Shown: piece after piece, positions 31,802 through 41,574 of the stretch | Layout of the letters: the number at the start of each line of letters is the position of its first letter | How positions within the stretch are numbered: the stretch's first letter is position 1 | DNA from: Acidobacteriota bacterium | Lineage (GTDB): Bacteria > Acidobacteriota > Vicinamibacteria > Vicinamibacterales > CAVVIG01 | Assembly (NCBI GenBank): GCA_003222535.1 | Contig: QHWJ01000233.1 | Span: 13,736 to 77,735, forward strand | Reading direction: 5' to 3' | DNA length: 64,000 bases | Translations under genes and position numbers: made by a program | The notes under the pieces: model-generated | What the model saw: only the letters and a program-made list of their open reading frames with translations | What the model was told of the DNA's origin: nothing | The model's database searches: none

Positions 31802-32569
31802 ATGTTCGATCTGCATCGCAAGGTCGCCGTGGTGACCGGCGCCGGCTCGGGAATCGGCGCGGCGATCGCCGCGCTGTTCGCTCGTCAGGGGGCTCGGACG
31901 GTCGTCCTCGACGTCAACGAGACCGCGCAGGCGACGGCGGACGCCATCCGCGCGGCGGGCGGCGACGCGATCGCCAGGCGCTGCGACGTGTCGGCGCCCG
32001 ATGACGTGCGGAGCGCGTTTCACGATCTGGACGGCGAGCTCGGTCGCCTCGACATCCTCGTCAACAACGCCGGCATCGCCCACGTCGGCACGATCGAGCA
32101 GACGTCCCCCGACGACCTCGATCGGCTGTACGCCGTCAACGTGCGCGGCGTGTTTCTGTGCATGAAGCACGCGGTCGAGATCATGCTGCGGCAGGGTCAC
32201 GGGGTCATCCTCAACATGGCGTCAATCGCGTCGCTGGTCGGCGTCCCGGAGCGTTTCGCGTACTCGATGACCAAAGGGGCCGTGCTCACGATGACGAAGT
32301 CGATCGCGCTCGATTACGTGAAACGGGGGATCCGGTGCAACTGCATCTGCCCGGCCCGCGTGCAGACGCCGTTCGTCGAGGGCTACCTGCGCGCGCACTA
32401 CCCCGGACGTGAGGCGGAAATGCGCCGGACCCTGGAGGAGTACCAACCCATCGGCCGGATGTGCCTGCCGGAGGAAGTCGCGTCTCTCGCGTTGTACCTG
32501 TGCTCGGACGAAGCCGCGTTCGTCACCGGCCAGGCGTATCCCATCGACGGCGGGGTTCTCGTCGCATGA
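31802..32569 (+). CDS. short-chain dehydrogenase/reductase (candidate 2-keto-3-deoxy-L-fuconate dehydrogenase)
   Basis: TGAGSGIG, NNAG and YSMTKGAV SDR motifs. The substrate is inferred from context only. Confidence 0.88.
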   Translation: MFDLHRKVAVVTGAGSGIGAAIAALFARQGARTVVLDVNETAQATADAIRAAGGDAIARRCDVSAPDDVRSAFHDLDGELGRLDILVNNAGIAHVGTIEQTSPDDLDRLYAVNVRGVFLCMKHAVEIMLRQGHGVILNMASIASLVGVPERFAYSMTKGAVLTMTKSIALDYVKRGIRCNCICPARVQTPFVEGYLRAHYPGREAEMRRTLEEYQPIGRMCLPEEVASLALYLCSDEAAFVTGQAYPIDGGVLVA

Positions 32570-32579
32570 AGCTGATCGC

Positions 32580-32963
32580 ATGATTCGCCACGTTCTCACG
32601 GCCGACCTTCGGGACGACCCCGCGGTCATCGAGTCCTACAAGGCGTATCACCGCCGCGTGTGGCCTGAAGTCGTGCGGAGCCTGCAGCGCGCCGGCATCC
32701 GCGACATGGAAATCTATTTGCTCGGACGGCGCCTCGTCATGGTCGTCGACACGGAGGGCGCCGATTTCCGCCGCTGCTTCGCCGCGCACGTGTCGTCGAG
32801 CCCGCGCGTCGCCGAGTGGGAGGAGCTGATGAGGGGGCTGCAGCAGCCGCCACCTGGCGGCCGCCCTGGCGAGTGGTGGGCGCTCATGGAACCGGTGTTT
32901 CGCCTCGAGCCGCGGGCCGGCACGTCGCAGACGTCGCCGACCGCTGAAAGCGCGCCTCGCTGA
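32580..32963 (+). CDS. L-rhamnose mutarotase (RhaM/DUF718) family protein
   Basis: YKAYHRRVWPEV...GIRDMEIYLLG.RLVMV pattern. Confidence 0.85.
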   Translation: MIRHVLTADLRDDPAVIESYKAYHRRVWPEVVRSLQRAGIRDMEIYLLGRRLVMVVDTEGADFRRCFAAHVSSSPRVAEWEELMRGLQQPPPGGRPGEWWALMEPVFRLEPRAGTSQTSPTAESAPR

Positions 32964-32973
32964 CGGTCTTTCC

Positions 32974-34029
32974 ATGACGGACCTGATGCAGGCGTGGCCG
33001 CGGCCGTCCCGTCCCCTGCCCATCGTCGTCATCGGCGCCGGCGCGATCGTGCGGACTGCGCACCTGCCGGCCTATCGCGCGCTCGGCTTTCCGGTCGCAG
33101 GCCTTTTCGACATTCGATTGGACGCCGCGCGCGCCGCCGCCGAGGCCTTCGCCGTCGAGAACGTTTTCCCTTCGCTCGCTGCCGCGGCCGCGGTCCCTGG
33201 CGTCGTCTACGACATCGCGGTCCCAGGCGATCAGATTCTCGGAATTCTCGACCGGCTTCCCCGCGGCGCGGCGGTCCTGATGCAGAAACCGATGGGACAG
33301 GATCTCGCGTCGGCCAAAGCGATCCGCGCCTGCTGCCGGGAGCGGCAGCTCACCGCGGCGGTCAATTTTCAGCTGCGCTTCAGCCCGAATGTCCTGGCGC
33401 TGCGCGATCTGTTGACGCGCGGCACGATCGGCCCCATCCTGGACATCGACGTACGCGTCGTCATCGATCAACCATGGCATCGCTGGACGTTCCTCGAGAC
33501 GACGCCGCGGCTCGAAGTGCCTTATCACTCGATCCACTACCTCGACACCATCCGCTGGCTCGCGGGTGAGCCGGACGGCGTGTATTGCCGCGTCGTACGC
33601 CATCCGGCGCTCCCGGCGCTCGCCGACACCAGGAGCTCGATCATCCTCGACTACGGCGATCGCATTCGCTGCTCGCTCGCGTTGAATCACACCCACCGCG
33701 CCGGGCCGCGCCATCGCGCGTCGCAGATCTCGATCGACGGCGTGCGCGGCGCGGCGCGGCTCACGTGGGGCGTGAATCTGGACTACCCTTCCGGCCCGCC
33801 GGACACGATGGAAATCGCGTGCGGCGGCGACTGGCGAACCTTCGCGCTGCGCGGATCCTGGTTCATCGACGCGTTCGAAGGTCCGATGTCGAATCTGCAG
33901 CGCTTCGTCTCCGGCGAGGATAGCGTCCTGGTCGGGTCGGTCGACGACGCCATCAGGACGATGGCGGTCGTGGAAGCCTGCTACATCTCGAGCGCAGGCG
34001 GAGGGACGCCGGTTCCGGCGTCGGAGTAG
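32974..34029 (+). CDS. Gfo/Idh/MocA family oxidoreductase (candidate sugar 1-dehydrogenase)
   Basis: N-terminal Rossmann segment IVVIGAGAIVRTAHLPAY with full-length family resemblance. Confidence 0.85.
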   Translation: MTDLMQAWPRPSRPLPIVVIGAGAIVRTAHLPAYRALGFPVAGLFDIRLDAARAAAEAFAVENVFPSLAAAAAVPGVVYDIAVPGDQILGILDRLPRGAAVLMQKPMGQDLASAKAIRACCRERQLTAAVNFQLRFSPNVLALRDLLTRGTIGPILDIDVRVVIDQPWHRWTFLETTPRLEVPYHSIHYLDTIRWLAGEPDGVYCRVVRHPALPALADTRSSIILDYGDRIRCSLALNHTHRAGPRHRASQISIDGVRGAARLTWGVNLDYPSGPPDTMEIACGGDWRTFALRGSWFIDAFEGPMSNLQRFVSGEDSVLVGSVDDAIRTMAVVEACYISSAGGGTPVPASE

Positions 34030-34033
34030 GCGC

Positions 34034-34771
34034 GTGGTCTCCCGGGGCATTGTTCAGATCTTTCCGACCTGTCTGGTGAACGAGCTCCAGCCCGAGGCCG
34101 GAATGGCTGCCGTCCGCGTGCTGGAGCGTCTCGGCTTCGAGGTCCGGCTTCCGACCGGTCTCACCTGCTGCGGACAGCCGGCCTACAACGCGGGCTTTCG
34201 CCGCGAGGCTCGCCGGGTCGCCCGGCACACCGTCGATGTGCTGGCATCGACGCCCGGTCCGATTGTCGTCCCGTCCGGATCCTGTGCCGACATGCTCGTC
34301 CACCAGTATGCGGAGCTCTTCGACGACGACGCGCGGGACGCGGACAGAGCGCGCGGAGTCGCCTCGCGGTGCCGTGAGTTCAGCCAGTTCGTCGCCGAAC
34401 ATGGCGGAGCGCAACTCGTCGCACGGCTGACTGCGCGCGTCGCGTACCACCCGTCGTGTCATCTGCTGCGCGGGCTGGGGGTCCGCAACGCGCCCCAGAT
34501 GCTGATCCGCACGATCGACGGCGCGAAGTCGGTGCCGTTCGCCGAGCAGGAGGAGTGCTGCGGATTCGGCGGCCTGTTCTCCCTCAAGCATCCCGACATC
34601 TCGGCCAGCATGTTGGACCGCAAGCTCACAGCCATCGTCGCGTCCGGGGCGGATCGACTGGTGAGCTGCGATCTCGGCTGTCTTCTGCATCTCGAGGGCG
34701 GACTGCGCAGGCGCGGCGCGGCCATCAGGGCGCAGCACCTCGCGGAGCTGATCGATGAGGCGCTGGTGTGA
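34034..34771 (+). CDS. lutA: lactate utilisation protein A (CCG-domain Fe-S oxidoreductase)
   Basis: VQIFPTCLV...CCGQPAYNAG...SCA... and CCGFGG motifs. Confidence 0.92.
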   Translation: MVSRGIVQIFPTCLVNELQPEAGMAAVRVLERLGFEVRLPTGLTCCGQPAYNAGFRREARRVARHTVDVLASTPGPIVVPSGSCADMLVHQYAELFDDDARDADRARGVASRCREFSQFVAEHGGAQLVARLTARVAYHPSCHLLRGLGVRNAPQMLIRTIDGAKSVPFAEQEECCGFGGLFSLKHPDISASMLDRKLTAIVASGADRLVSCDLGCLLHLEGGLRRRGAAIRAQHLAELIDEALV

Positions 34772-36177
34772 GCACCGCCTTTGCCGAGCGAGCGCGCGCC
34801 GCGATCGGCAACCACCAGCTTCACGTGGCGCTCGACCGCACAACCGCGCAGCTCGGGTTGCGGCGATCGGCCGGGCTCGAATCGCTCGACCGGTTCGACG
34901 ACGTCCGCACCCTGGCCCGTCGCGCGAAGATGGAGCTGCTCGGCCACCTGGGCGACTCGCTGCAGCAGTTCGAACGCCGGCTGGTCGACAACGGCGCCGA
35001 CGTCCACTGGGCCGACACCGGCGACGCGGCCAACCAGATCATCGTCGACATTGCGAGGCGCCGCGGCGTCCGGCGCGTGGCGAAAGCCAAGTCGATGGCC
35101 TCCGAAGAAACGCACCTCAACGGGGCGCTCGCCGACGCCGGCTTCGAGGTGATCGAAACGGATCTGGGCGAGTACATCGTGCAGCTCGCGGGCGACCGGC
35201 CGTCGCACATCATCGCGCCGATCATCCACATGACGCGCGAGCAGGTCGGCCGTCTCATGCACGATCGCCTGAACGTGCCGTACACCGACGACGTGCAGGT
35301 GCTGGCGGGCTATGCGCGCGAGCGGCTGCGCGAGGAGTTCCTGCGCGCCGACATGGGCGTCACCGGCGCCAACTTCGGCGTCGTCGAGACCGGGACGATC
35401 TGCCTCGTCACCAATGAAGGCAACGCACGGATGGTGACGACGCTCCCCCGGATCCACGTCGTGCTGATGGGGATCGAGAAGCTCGTCCCGACCATGGCGG
35501 ATCTCGATCGGTTCCTGAAGCTGTTGGCGCGATCCGCAACCGGTCAGAAGCTGACCGCGTATACGGCGCTCATCCGCGGGCCGCGGCGCGCCGGGGACGA
35601 CTGCGGGCCGGATGAAATGCACGTCGTGCTGCTCGACAACGGCCGCACGAAGATTCTCGCCGGCGAGACCGCCGAAATCCTCGGCTGCATCCGGTGCGGC
35701 GCGTGTCTGAACGTATGCCCGGTTTATCGCAGCATCGGGGGCCACGCGTACGGGGACGTCTATCCGGGCCCGGTCGGCGCGATCGTGACGCCCGGCCTGC
35801 GTGGCCTCGATCGGCATGCGGAGCTGCCGGGCGCGTCCACGTTGTGCGCCGCATGCCGTGACGTCTGTCCCGTGCGACTCGACATCCCGCGCATGCTGCT
35901 GGCCCTCCGGCGGCGGGCCGTCGAGGAAACGTCGCAGCCCTTCGAGCTGCGCGTCGGGATCAAGACGTTTGCGCGGATCGCGACGCGGCCGCGCCTCTAC
36001 CGCACGGTCACGACGCTCGCGCGCCGGATCCTGCGCAGGCGCGCCACGAATGGCTGGATCACCCGCGCGCCCGGTCTCGCGGCCGCCTGGACGCAGTCGC
36101 GCGACCTGAAGGCGCCGGCGGAACAGACGTTCGAGCAGCAGTGGCGCGCGCGGGCCGCGGCAAGGCGGACCCGATGA
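34768..36177 (+). CDS. lutB: lactate utilisation protein B (LUD domain + 4Fe-4S ferredoxin)
   Basis: CIRCGACLNVCPVY and CAACRDVCPV cluster motifs, plus a LUD domain. Confidence 0.92.
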   Translation: MSTAFAERARAAIGNHQLHVALDRTTAQLGLRRSAGLESLDRFDDVRTLARRAKMELLGHLGDSLQQFERRLVDNGADVHWADTGDAANQIIVDIARRRGVRRVAKAKSMASEETHLNGALADAGFEVIETDLGEYIVQLAGDRPSHIIAPIIHMTREQVGRLMHDRLNVPYTDDVQVLAGYARERLREEFLRADMGVTGANFGVVETGTICLVTNEGNARMVTTLPRIHVVLMGIEKLVPTMADLDRFLKLLARSATGQKLTAYTALIRGPRRAGDDCGPDEMHVVLLDNGRTKILAGETAEILGCIRCGACLNVCPVYRSIGGHAYGDVYPGPVGAIVTPGLRGLDRHAELPGASTLCAACRDVCPVRLDIPRMLLALRRRAVEETSQPFELRVGIKTFARIATRPRLYRTVTTLARRILRRRATNGWITRAPGLAAAWTQSRDLKAPAEQTFEQQWRARAAARRTR

Positions 36178-37997
36178 GCGGCGCGCGAACTGTGATCCTC
36201 GATCGGATCGAGCGCGCGCTGCGAACCGCGCGCCTTCCGAACGTGCCCGAGATTGCGAACGTACCTGCGGAGTCCAGCTTCAGCCCGACCTCGCCCAGTT
36301 CGGGTCTGCCTGAAGGCGGACCCGACGAGCGGCAGGGCCATCACGATCCGAAGGCCCTGCTCGATCGATTCCTCCTCGAGGCGCGCGCGCTCGGCGTCGA
36401 GGCGTTCGTCGAGGGATCGGTCGTCTCGGTTCGCGAACGGCTCGCGGCCATCGTCGGCACGCGCCGGGTGCTGAGCTGGAATCCGGAGCGGCTGCCCTAC
36501 GACGCCGGGGCGATCGTCGCGGGCGCGTGTCTCGGATCGGCGCCGCTCCGCGAGCAGGCGGGCGCGGAGATCGGGGTCACCGGCTGTGACGCCGCGATCG
36601 CCGAGACCGGGTCGCTGGTGCTCCTGACGGCGCCGGGCGCCGCGCGCACCGTCTCGCTGCTGCCGCCGGTCCATGTGGCGCTCGTGCGGCCGCAGGATCT
36701 GTGTTTCAGCATGGGCGGGTTCTTCGAGGCGAGCGCCGCGCGAATGGCGGACGCGAGCAGCTGCACGGTCGTGACCGGCCCCAGCCGCACCGGCGACATC
36801 GAGCTGACGCTGACCATCGGCGTCCACGGTCCGGGCCGCGTGGTCGTGATCATCGGTCCGCGGGATGAAGGACCCACACCACAGAGACTCGGAGACACAG
36901 AGGCGCGCCAGCGGTGTTCGGCGGGCGCCGCAACGCGGCGGCGCAGCCGGACTCGGGATGATGCGCGAACCGCACTGGGCTGTGATGCGGCTCGTGCATC
37001 ATCTCGAGCCGGCTACGCAGGTCGGCCTGCAAGGCAGGCCGACCTGCCGAACACTCTCGCGCGCAATTGCTCTGTGTGGTGCTGTGCGCCTGCCGGCCGA
37101 AGCTCGCAGAGCGAGGGCCGGAGCGTTGCGTTCAAATGGTTTTCTCTGTGCCTCCGAGCCTCCGTGGTGTTTTCTTCTTCGTGTCCTTCTTATACTTCGT
37201 GTCGAGTACGGCTGGATCGACGGCGCGATGGCGGCGCTCAGGCGCGACTTTCTGCCATCGGACGCGAGGCCCGAGATGGCCGCGGCGGGCGTCGACGCGT
37301 GCGTCGCGGTGCAGGCGCGGCAGTCGCTCGACGAGACGCGCTGGCTCCTCTCCCTCGCCGACGCGCACCCGTTCATCGTGGGCGTCGTCGGCTGGGTGGA
37401 TCTGCAGTCGCCGTCGGTCGACGACGATCTCGCGGCGTTCTCGGCGCACCCGAAGCTCGTGGGCATCAGACACATCGTGCAGAGCGAGGCGGACGACTTT
37501 CTGTCACGGCCGGCGTTTCGACGCGGGATCGCCCGGCTCGATCGCTGGGGCCTCGCCTACGACATCCTGATTCATGCTCGCCACCTCGCCGAGGCCGTCA
37601 GGTTTGTCGGCGACTTTCCGGCGCAGCGCTTCGTCCTCGATCACCTCGCGAAGCCCGAAATCAGAAAGGGCGCGCTCGACGAGTGGCGGGCGGACATCGA
37701 GCGCCTGGCCGCTTTTCCGAACGTCTGCTGCAAGCTCTCGGGCCTCGTGACCGAAGCCGACTGGCGGGCGTGGACGCCCGATCAGCTTCGTCCGTACCTG
37801 GACGTCACGTTCGAGTGCTTCGGCGCGGACCGTCTGATGATCGGGTCCGACTGGCCCGTGTGCACGCTCGCGGCCGGTTACGCGGACACGATGGGCCTTG
37901 TCGTCAATTACCTCGCGCAGGCGTCGGCGTGGGAACGCGAGCTCGTGCTCGGCGGCACGGCGCTGCGATTCTGGAACCTCACAGTGGAGCGAGCTGA
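36174..37997 (+). CDS. lutC: lactate utilisation protein C; the LutC-homologous part ends near 36870 but the frame has no stop until 37997
   Basis: ATG 36174 overlaps the lutB stop. LUD-domain pattern ...CDAAIAETGSLVL...TGPSRTGDIELTLTIGVHGP. The remaining ~375 codons are repeat-derived or out-of-frame readthrough of the next gene. Confidence 0.7.
   Translation: MSGARTVILDRIERALRTARLPNVPEIANVPAESSFSPTSPSSGLPEGGPDERQGHHDPKALLDRFLLEARALGVEAFVEGSVVSVRERLAAIVGTRRVLSWNPERLPYDAGAIVAGACLGSAPLREQAGAEIGVTGCDAAIAETGSLVLLTAPGAARTVSLLPPVHVALVRPQDLCFSMGGFFEASAARMADASSCTVVTGPSRTGDIELTLTIGVHGPGRVVVIIGPRDEGPTPQRLGDTEARQRCSAGAATRRRSRTRDDARTALGCDAARASSRAGYAGRPARQADLPNTLARNCSVWCCAPAGRSSQSEGRSVAFKWFSLCLRASVVFSSSCPSYTSCRVRLDRRRDGGAQARLSAIGREARDGRGGRRRVRRGAGAAVARRDALAPLPRRRAPVHRGRRRLGGSAVAVGRRRSRGVLGAPEARGHQTHRAERGGRLSVTAGVSTRDRPARSLGPRLRHPDSCSPPRRGRQVCRRLSGAALRPRSPREARNQKGRARRVAGGHRAPGRFSERLLQALGPRDRSRLAGVDARSASSVPGRHVRVLRRGPSDDRVRLARVHARGRLRGHDGPCRQLPRAGVGVGTRARARRHGAAILEPHSGAS
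36877..37208. repeat. ~330-bp composite repeat element bounded by 26-bp inverted repeats, followed by a CACGAAG-type array
   Basis: CACCACAGAGACTCGGAGACACAGAG (36877-36902) matches the reverse complement of CTCTGTGCCTCCGAGCCTCCGTGGTG (37144-37169) at 23 of 26 positions. The internal segment GTTCGGCGGGCGCCGCAACGCGGCGGCGCAGCCGGA recurs at 41596. Confidence 0.75.
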
Positions 37998-38001
37998 ATA
38001 A
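37228..38001 (+). CDS. amidohydrolase-2 family protein (L-fucono-1,5-lactonase-like); canonical N-terminus apparently missing
   Basis: The homologous sequence starts at ...EYGWIDGAMAALRRDFLP and runs to the C-terminus (DHLAKP, GSDWPV). The in-frame ORF opens at 36865, but residues 1-115 are repeat-encoded and no N-terminal HxH motif is seen. Confidence 0.72.
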   Translation: MAALRRDFLPSDARPEMAAAGVDACVAVQARQSLDETRWLLSLADAHPFIVGVVGWVDLQSPSVDDDLAAFSAHPKLVGIRHIVQSEADDFLSRPAFRRGIARLDRWGLAYDILIHARHLAEAVRFVGDFPAQRFVLDHLAKPEIRKGALDEWRADIERLAAFPNVCCKLSGLVTEADWRAWTPDQLRPYLDVTFECFGADRLMIGSDWPVCTLAAGYADTMGLVVNYLAQASAWERELVLGGTALRFWNLTVERAE

Positions 38002-39054
38002 ATGCAACCACGAAAACATGAAGAGACGAAGAAACACACGAAGAAGAAGAATAAATTTTCTGTTCTTGCCGTTCTGCTGCTGGCGGTCGCGTGTCACGCG
38101 CCGGACTCGAGCAAGGGGACGGCGTCCGGTCTGGCCGCCCCGTCAGCCTTGACCATCGCGGTCATCCCCAAGGGGACCTCCCACGTGTTCTGGCAGAGCA
38201 TCCACGCCGGCGCCAATCAGGCCGCGCAGGAGCTCGGCGTGACGGTGATTTGGCGCGGGCCGCTTCGCGAGGACGACCGCGACGCGCAGGTATCCGAGGT
38301 CGAAGGCTTCATCAGCCGCGGCGTGTCGGGCATCGTGCTGGCGCCGCTCGACGAGAGCGCGCTCGTCGCGCCGGTCGCGGAAGCAAAGCGTCACGGCATC
38401 CCGGTGGTCATCTTCGACTCGGGCCTCAAGGGCGACGACTACGTCAGCTTCGTCGCGACAGACAACGTCAAGGGCGGCCGCATCGCCGGCGATCGCCTCG
38501 CCGGCGTGATGGGCGGGAAGGGCAAGGTCGTCCTCCTGCGGTACGCCGAGGGACACGACAGCACCGCGAAGCGCGAGCAGGGCTTCCTCGACGCGCTGAA
38601 GGCGCATCCGGCCATCGAGGTCGTCAGCTCGAATCAATACGGCGGCGCCGACGTCGAGGGCTTCTACAAGAAAGCCGAGGCGCTGTTGAGCCGCTACAAG
38701 AAGCCCGACGGCACGCTCGGCATCGATGGCCTCTTCTGCTCGAACGAGTCGGGCACCTTCGCGATGAATCGCGTGCTGCACGACAACGGCTGGACCGGCA
38801 AAGTGAGGTTCGTCGGCTTCGACGCCTCGCCGAACCTTGTCGGTGCGCTCGACGCCGGCGACCTCGACGGGCTCGTCGTGCAGGACCCCGTGCGCATGGG
38901 CTATCTCGGAGTGAAGACGATGGTCGCGCACATCCGGGGCGAGCCGGTGGAGAAGGTGATCGACACGGGCGCCGAGCTCGCCACGCGCGAGAACCGGAAT
39001 CAGCCCGGCATGAAAGCGCGGCTCGAGCCGGATCTGTCGAAGTGGCTGAAATGA
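38002..39054 (+). CDS. sugar ABC transporter substrate-binding lipoprotein (RbsB-like)
   Basis: Lipobox LLAVAC and a periplasmic-binding-protein type I body (IAVIPKGTSHVFWQ...). The start codon and basic n-region lie in an ATGCAACCACGAAAACA repeat. Confidence 0.9.
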   Translation: MQPRKHEETKKHTKKKNKFSVLAVLLLAVACHAPDSSKGTASGLAAPSALTIAVIPKGTSHVFWQSIHAGANQAAQELGVTVIWRGPLREDDRDAQVSEVEGFISRGVSGIVLAPLDESALVAPVAEAKRHGIPVVIFDSGLKGDDYVSFVATDNVKGGRIAGDRLAGVMGGKGKVVLLRYAEGHDSTAKREQGFLDALKAHPAIEVVSSNQYGGADVEGFYKKAEALLSRYKKPDGTLGIDGLFCSNESGTFAMNRVLHDNGWTGKVRFVGFDASPNLVGALDAGDLDGLVVQDPVRMGYLGVKTMVAHIRGEPVEKVIDTGAELATRENRNQPGMKARLEPDLSKWLK

Positions 39055-40619
39055 AGGGTCCGGCCGAAGCCGGACACTCCGGGCGCGGTTCGCCGGAGGG
39101 CGGTCACGACGTGGAGAATCCGCGCTTCGAGATGCGCGGCATCAAGAAGACGTTCGGCGCGACGGTGGCGCTGGACGGCGTGGACCTGTCGGTCCGCGCG
39201 GGCGAGGTCCTCGCGCTCGTCGGTCAGAACGGCGCGGGCAAGAGCACGCTGATGGCCATCCTCGCCGGCGCGCTCGCCAGCGACTCGGGTGCAATGCGCA
39301 TCGACGGCCGGAGGTTCACGCCGCGCAGCCCGCTCGAGTCGCGCCGCGCCGGCATCGCGACGATTTATCAGGAGCTCTCGCTCGCTCCGCACCTGTCGGT
39401 GATGGAAAACATCCTGCTCGGGATGGAGCCCGCGCGATTCGGCCTGCTCGACTGGCCGCGGATGCGCGACACGGCGGCCCGCGCGCTGGCCGAGCTCGGT
39501 CACGACGAGATCGACCCCGGAGCGCGCGTCGAGACGCTCTCCGTCGCCGCGCAGCAGCTCGTGGAGATCGCGCGCGCCCTTGCGTCGGGCTGCCGCGTCC
39601 TCGTGCTCGACGAGCCGACGAGCAGCCTCGGGCGCGACGACGTCGCGCGGTTGTTCGCGCTGGTGCGCCGCCTGAAAGCGCAGGGCCGCGCCATCGTCTA
39701 CATCTCGCATTTCATCGAAGAGGTGAAAGCGATCGCCGACCGTTTCGTCGTGCTGCGCGACGGACGGCACGCGGGGGGCGGCGACATCGCCGCCGCCACC
39801 CCGGACGCGATCATCGGCATGATGGTGGGCCGCGAGGTCGCCGACCTCTTCCCGCGATCGCCGCGGCGGCGCGGCGCAGCCATCCTCGATGTGGATGGTC
39901 TGGAGCCGGGTTCCGCGACGTTCACGCTCCATCGCGGCGAGATCCTCGGCATCGCCGGGCTGATCGGCGCGGGCCGCACTCGTCTCTTGCGCACCATCTT
40001 CGGCCTGGAGCCGGTGCGCCGGGGGCACGTCAGGATCGCGACCTACTCCGGGGCCTGTCCCCCGGACGAGCGGTGGAAACAGGGAGCGGGACTGCTCAGC
40101 GAAGACCGGAAGGCCGAGGGGCTCGCGCCCGGGCTCACCGTCGCGGACAACCTCACGCTCACCCGGCTCGACCCGTTCGGGCCGGCCGGTCTCGTCTCGC
40201 CGGCACGGCAGCACGAGACGGCAAGGCGCTGGATCTCGACGCTCGGCATCCGGTGCGCGGGCGCCGCGCAGGCGGCCGCCGAACTGTCCGGCGGCAATCA
40301 GCAGAAGGTCGCGCTGGCGCGGCTCCTCCACCACGACGTGGACCTCCTGATCCTCGACGAGCCGACGCGCGGGATTGACGTCGCGAGCAAGGCTCAGATC
40401 TACGCGCTCATCGACGCGCTCGTCGCCGACACGCCGGGTCGTCCGGCGAAAGCCGTCCTCGTCGTGAGCAGCTATCTGCCTGAGCTCGTCGGCCTCTGCG
40501 ATCGTGTCGCGGTGATGTGCCGCGGCACGCTCGGCGCCGCGCGTGACGCGACGCGGGTGACCGAGCACGAGCTGATGATGGCCGCCACCGGAGCCGAGGC
40601 GCCCTCGTCCGCGCCATGA
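39051..40619 (+). CDS. sugar ABC transporter ATP-binding protein (two ABC domains)
   Basis: GQNGAGKST, LSVAAQQLVEIARAL and LSGGNQQKV motifs. ATG 39051 overlaps the SBP stop. ATG 39132 (MRGIKK) would exclude a REP-encoded leader. Confidence 0.92.
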   Translation: MKGPAEAGHSGRGSPEGGHDVENPRFEMRGIKKTFGATVALDGVDLSVRAGEVLALVGQNGAGKSTLMAILAGALASDSGAMRIDGRRFTPRSPLESRRAGIATIYQELSLAPHLSVMENILLGMEPARFGLLDWPRMRDTAARALAELGHDEIDPGARVETLSVAAQQLVEIARALASGCRVLVLDEPTSSLGRDDVARLFALVRRLKAQGRAIVYISHFIEEVKAIADRFVVLRDGRHAGGGDIAAATPDAIIGMMVGREVADLFPRSPRRRGAAILDVDGLEPGSATFTLHRGEILGIAGLIGAGRTRLLRTIFGLEPVRRGHVRIATYSGACPPDERWKQGAGLLSEDRKAEGLAPGLTVADNLTLTRLDPFGPAGLVSPARQHETARRWISTLGIRCAGAAQAAAELSGGNQQKVALARLLHHDVDLLILDEPTRGIDVASKAQIYALIDALVADTPGRPAKAVLVVSSYLPELVGLCDRVAVMCRGTLGAARDATRVTEHELMMAATGAEAPSSAP

Positions 40620-41563
40620 CGGCGCGCGCGCTCGTCGATCGGGGAAGCACGCTCGTCGGACTGGTGCTGGTGGCGGCGATCTTCGGTGCGCTCGTCGGCC
40701 CGCAGTTCTTCGCGCCGGCGAACCTCGAGCTGATGGCGCGCCAGACGGCGATCGTCGGCATGGCGGCGCTCGGGATGACGATGGTGATCGTCGCGGGGGG
40801 CATCGATTTGTCCGTGGGCTCGGTGATCGCGCTCAGCACCGTCGTCATCGCGCTGCTGCTGAAGGGCCACCGCGGGCCATGGGCGGCGGCGCTCGGCGGC
40901 GTCGCCGCGAGCGCGATCTGCGGGCTCGCGAACGGGCTGCTCATCACGCGCCTGCGCGTCGTGCCCTTCATCGTCACGCTGGGCACCATGCTCGTCGTGC
41001 GCGGGGCGGCCAAAGGGCTCGCGGATGAACGGCGCATCGAAGCGCCGGCGACGTGGCTGAACGATCTGCTGCGGTCGGGCGCGCACGGCACCACGGCAAT
41101 CCTGCCGCCAGGCATCTGGCTGGTGATCGGTCTGGCGCTCCTCGTCTCGGGCGTGCTCGGCTACACGCGGTTCGGGCGCCGACTCTTTGCCATCGGCTCG
41201 AACGAACGCATGGCCCGGCTCTGCGGGGTCAGAGTCGAGCGGTGCAAAGTGGCGGTGTACGCGGCCGCCGCGGCGTTCGCGGGCGCCGGCGGCGTCCTGC
41301 AGTTCTCGAAGCTGTCGGTTGGCGATCCGACGGTCGCCGTCGGCCTGGAGCTCGACGTGATTGCGGCGGTCATCATCGGCGGCGGCAGTCTCTTGGGTGG
41401 ACGCGGAACGGTGGCGGGCACCCTCGTGGGCGCGACCATCATGACACTGATTCAGATCGGCTGCTCGCAGAAAGGGCTGCCCAACTGGGTGCAGCAGCTC
41501 GTGACCGGCGGGATCATCATCGGCGCCGTGGCGCTCGATCGCGTGCGGAGCGCCCGGAGCTGA
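40616..41563 (+). CDS. sugar ABC transporter permease (RbsC-like)
   Basis: Multi-TM protein with GGIDLSVGS and ...ERMARLCGV... family motifs. It overlaps the ATPase stop. Confidence 0.9.
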   Translation: MTARALVDRGSTLVGLVLVAAIFGALVGPQFFAPANLELMARQTAIVGMAALGMTMVIVAGGIDLSVGSVIALSTVVIALLLKGHRGPWAAALGGVAASAICGLANGLLITRLRVVPFIVTLGTMLVVRGAAKGLADERRIEAPATWLNDLLRSGAHGTTAILPPGIWLVIGLALLVSGVLGYTRFGRRLFAIGSNERMARLCGVRVERCKVAVYAAAAAFAGAGGVLQFSKLSVGDPTVAVGLELDVIAAVIIGGGSLLGGRGTVAGTLVGATIMTLIQIGCSQKGLPNWVQQLVTGGIIIGAVALDRVRSARS

Positions 41564-41574
41564 GGGAGGACACA

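Noticed and set aside
36141-37997. 618-aa ORF that looks like a LutC fusion protein.
   Set aside because: Only the first ~232 residues after Met 36174 are LutC-like. The rest is repeat sequence and an out-of-frame reading of the amidohydrolase gene. I treat it as a lost stop codon, not a genuine fusion.
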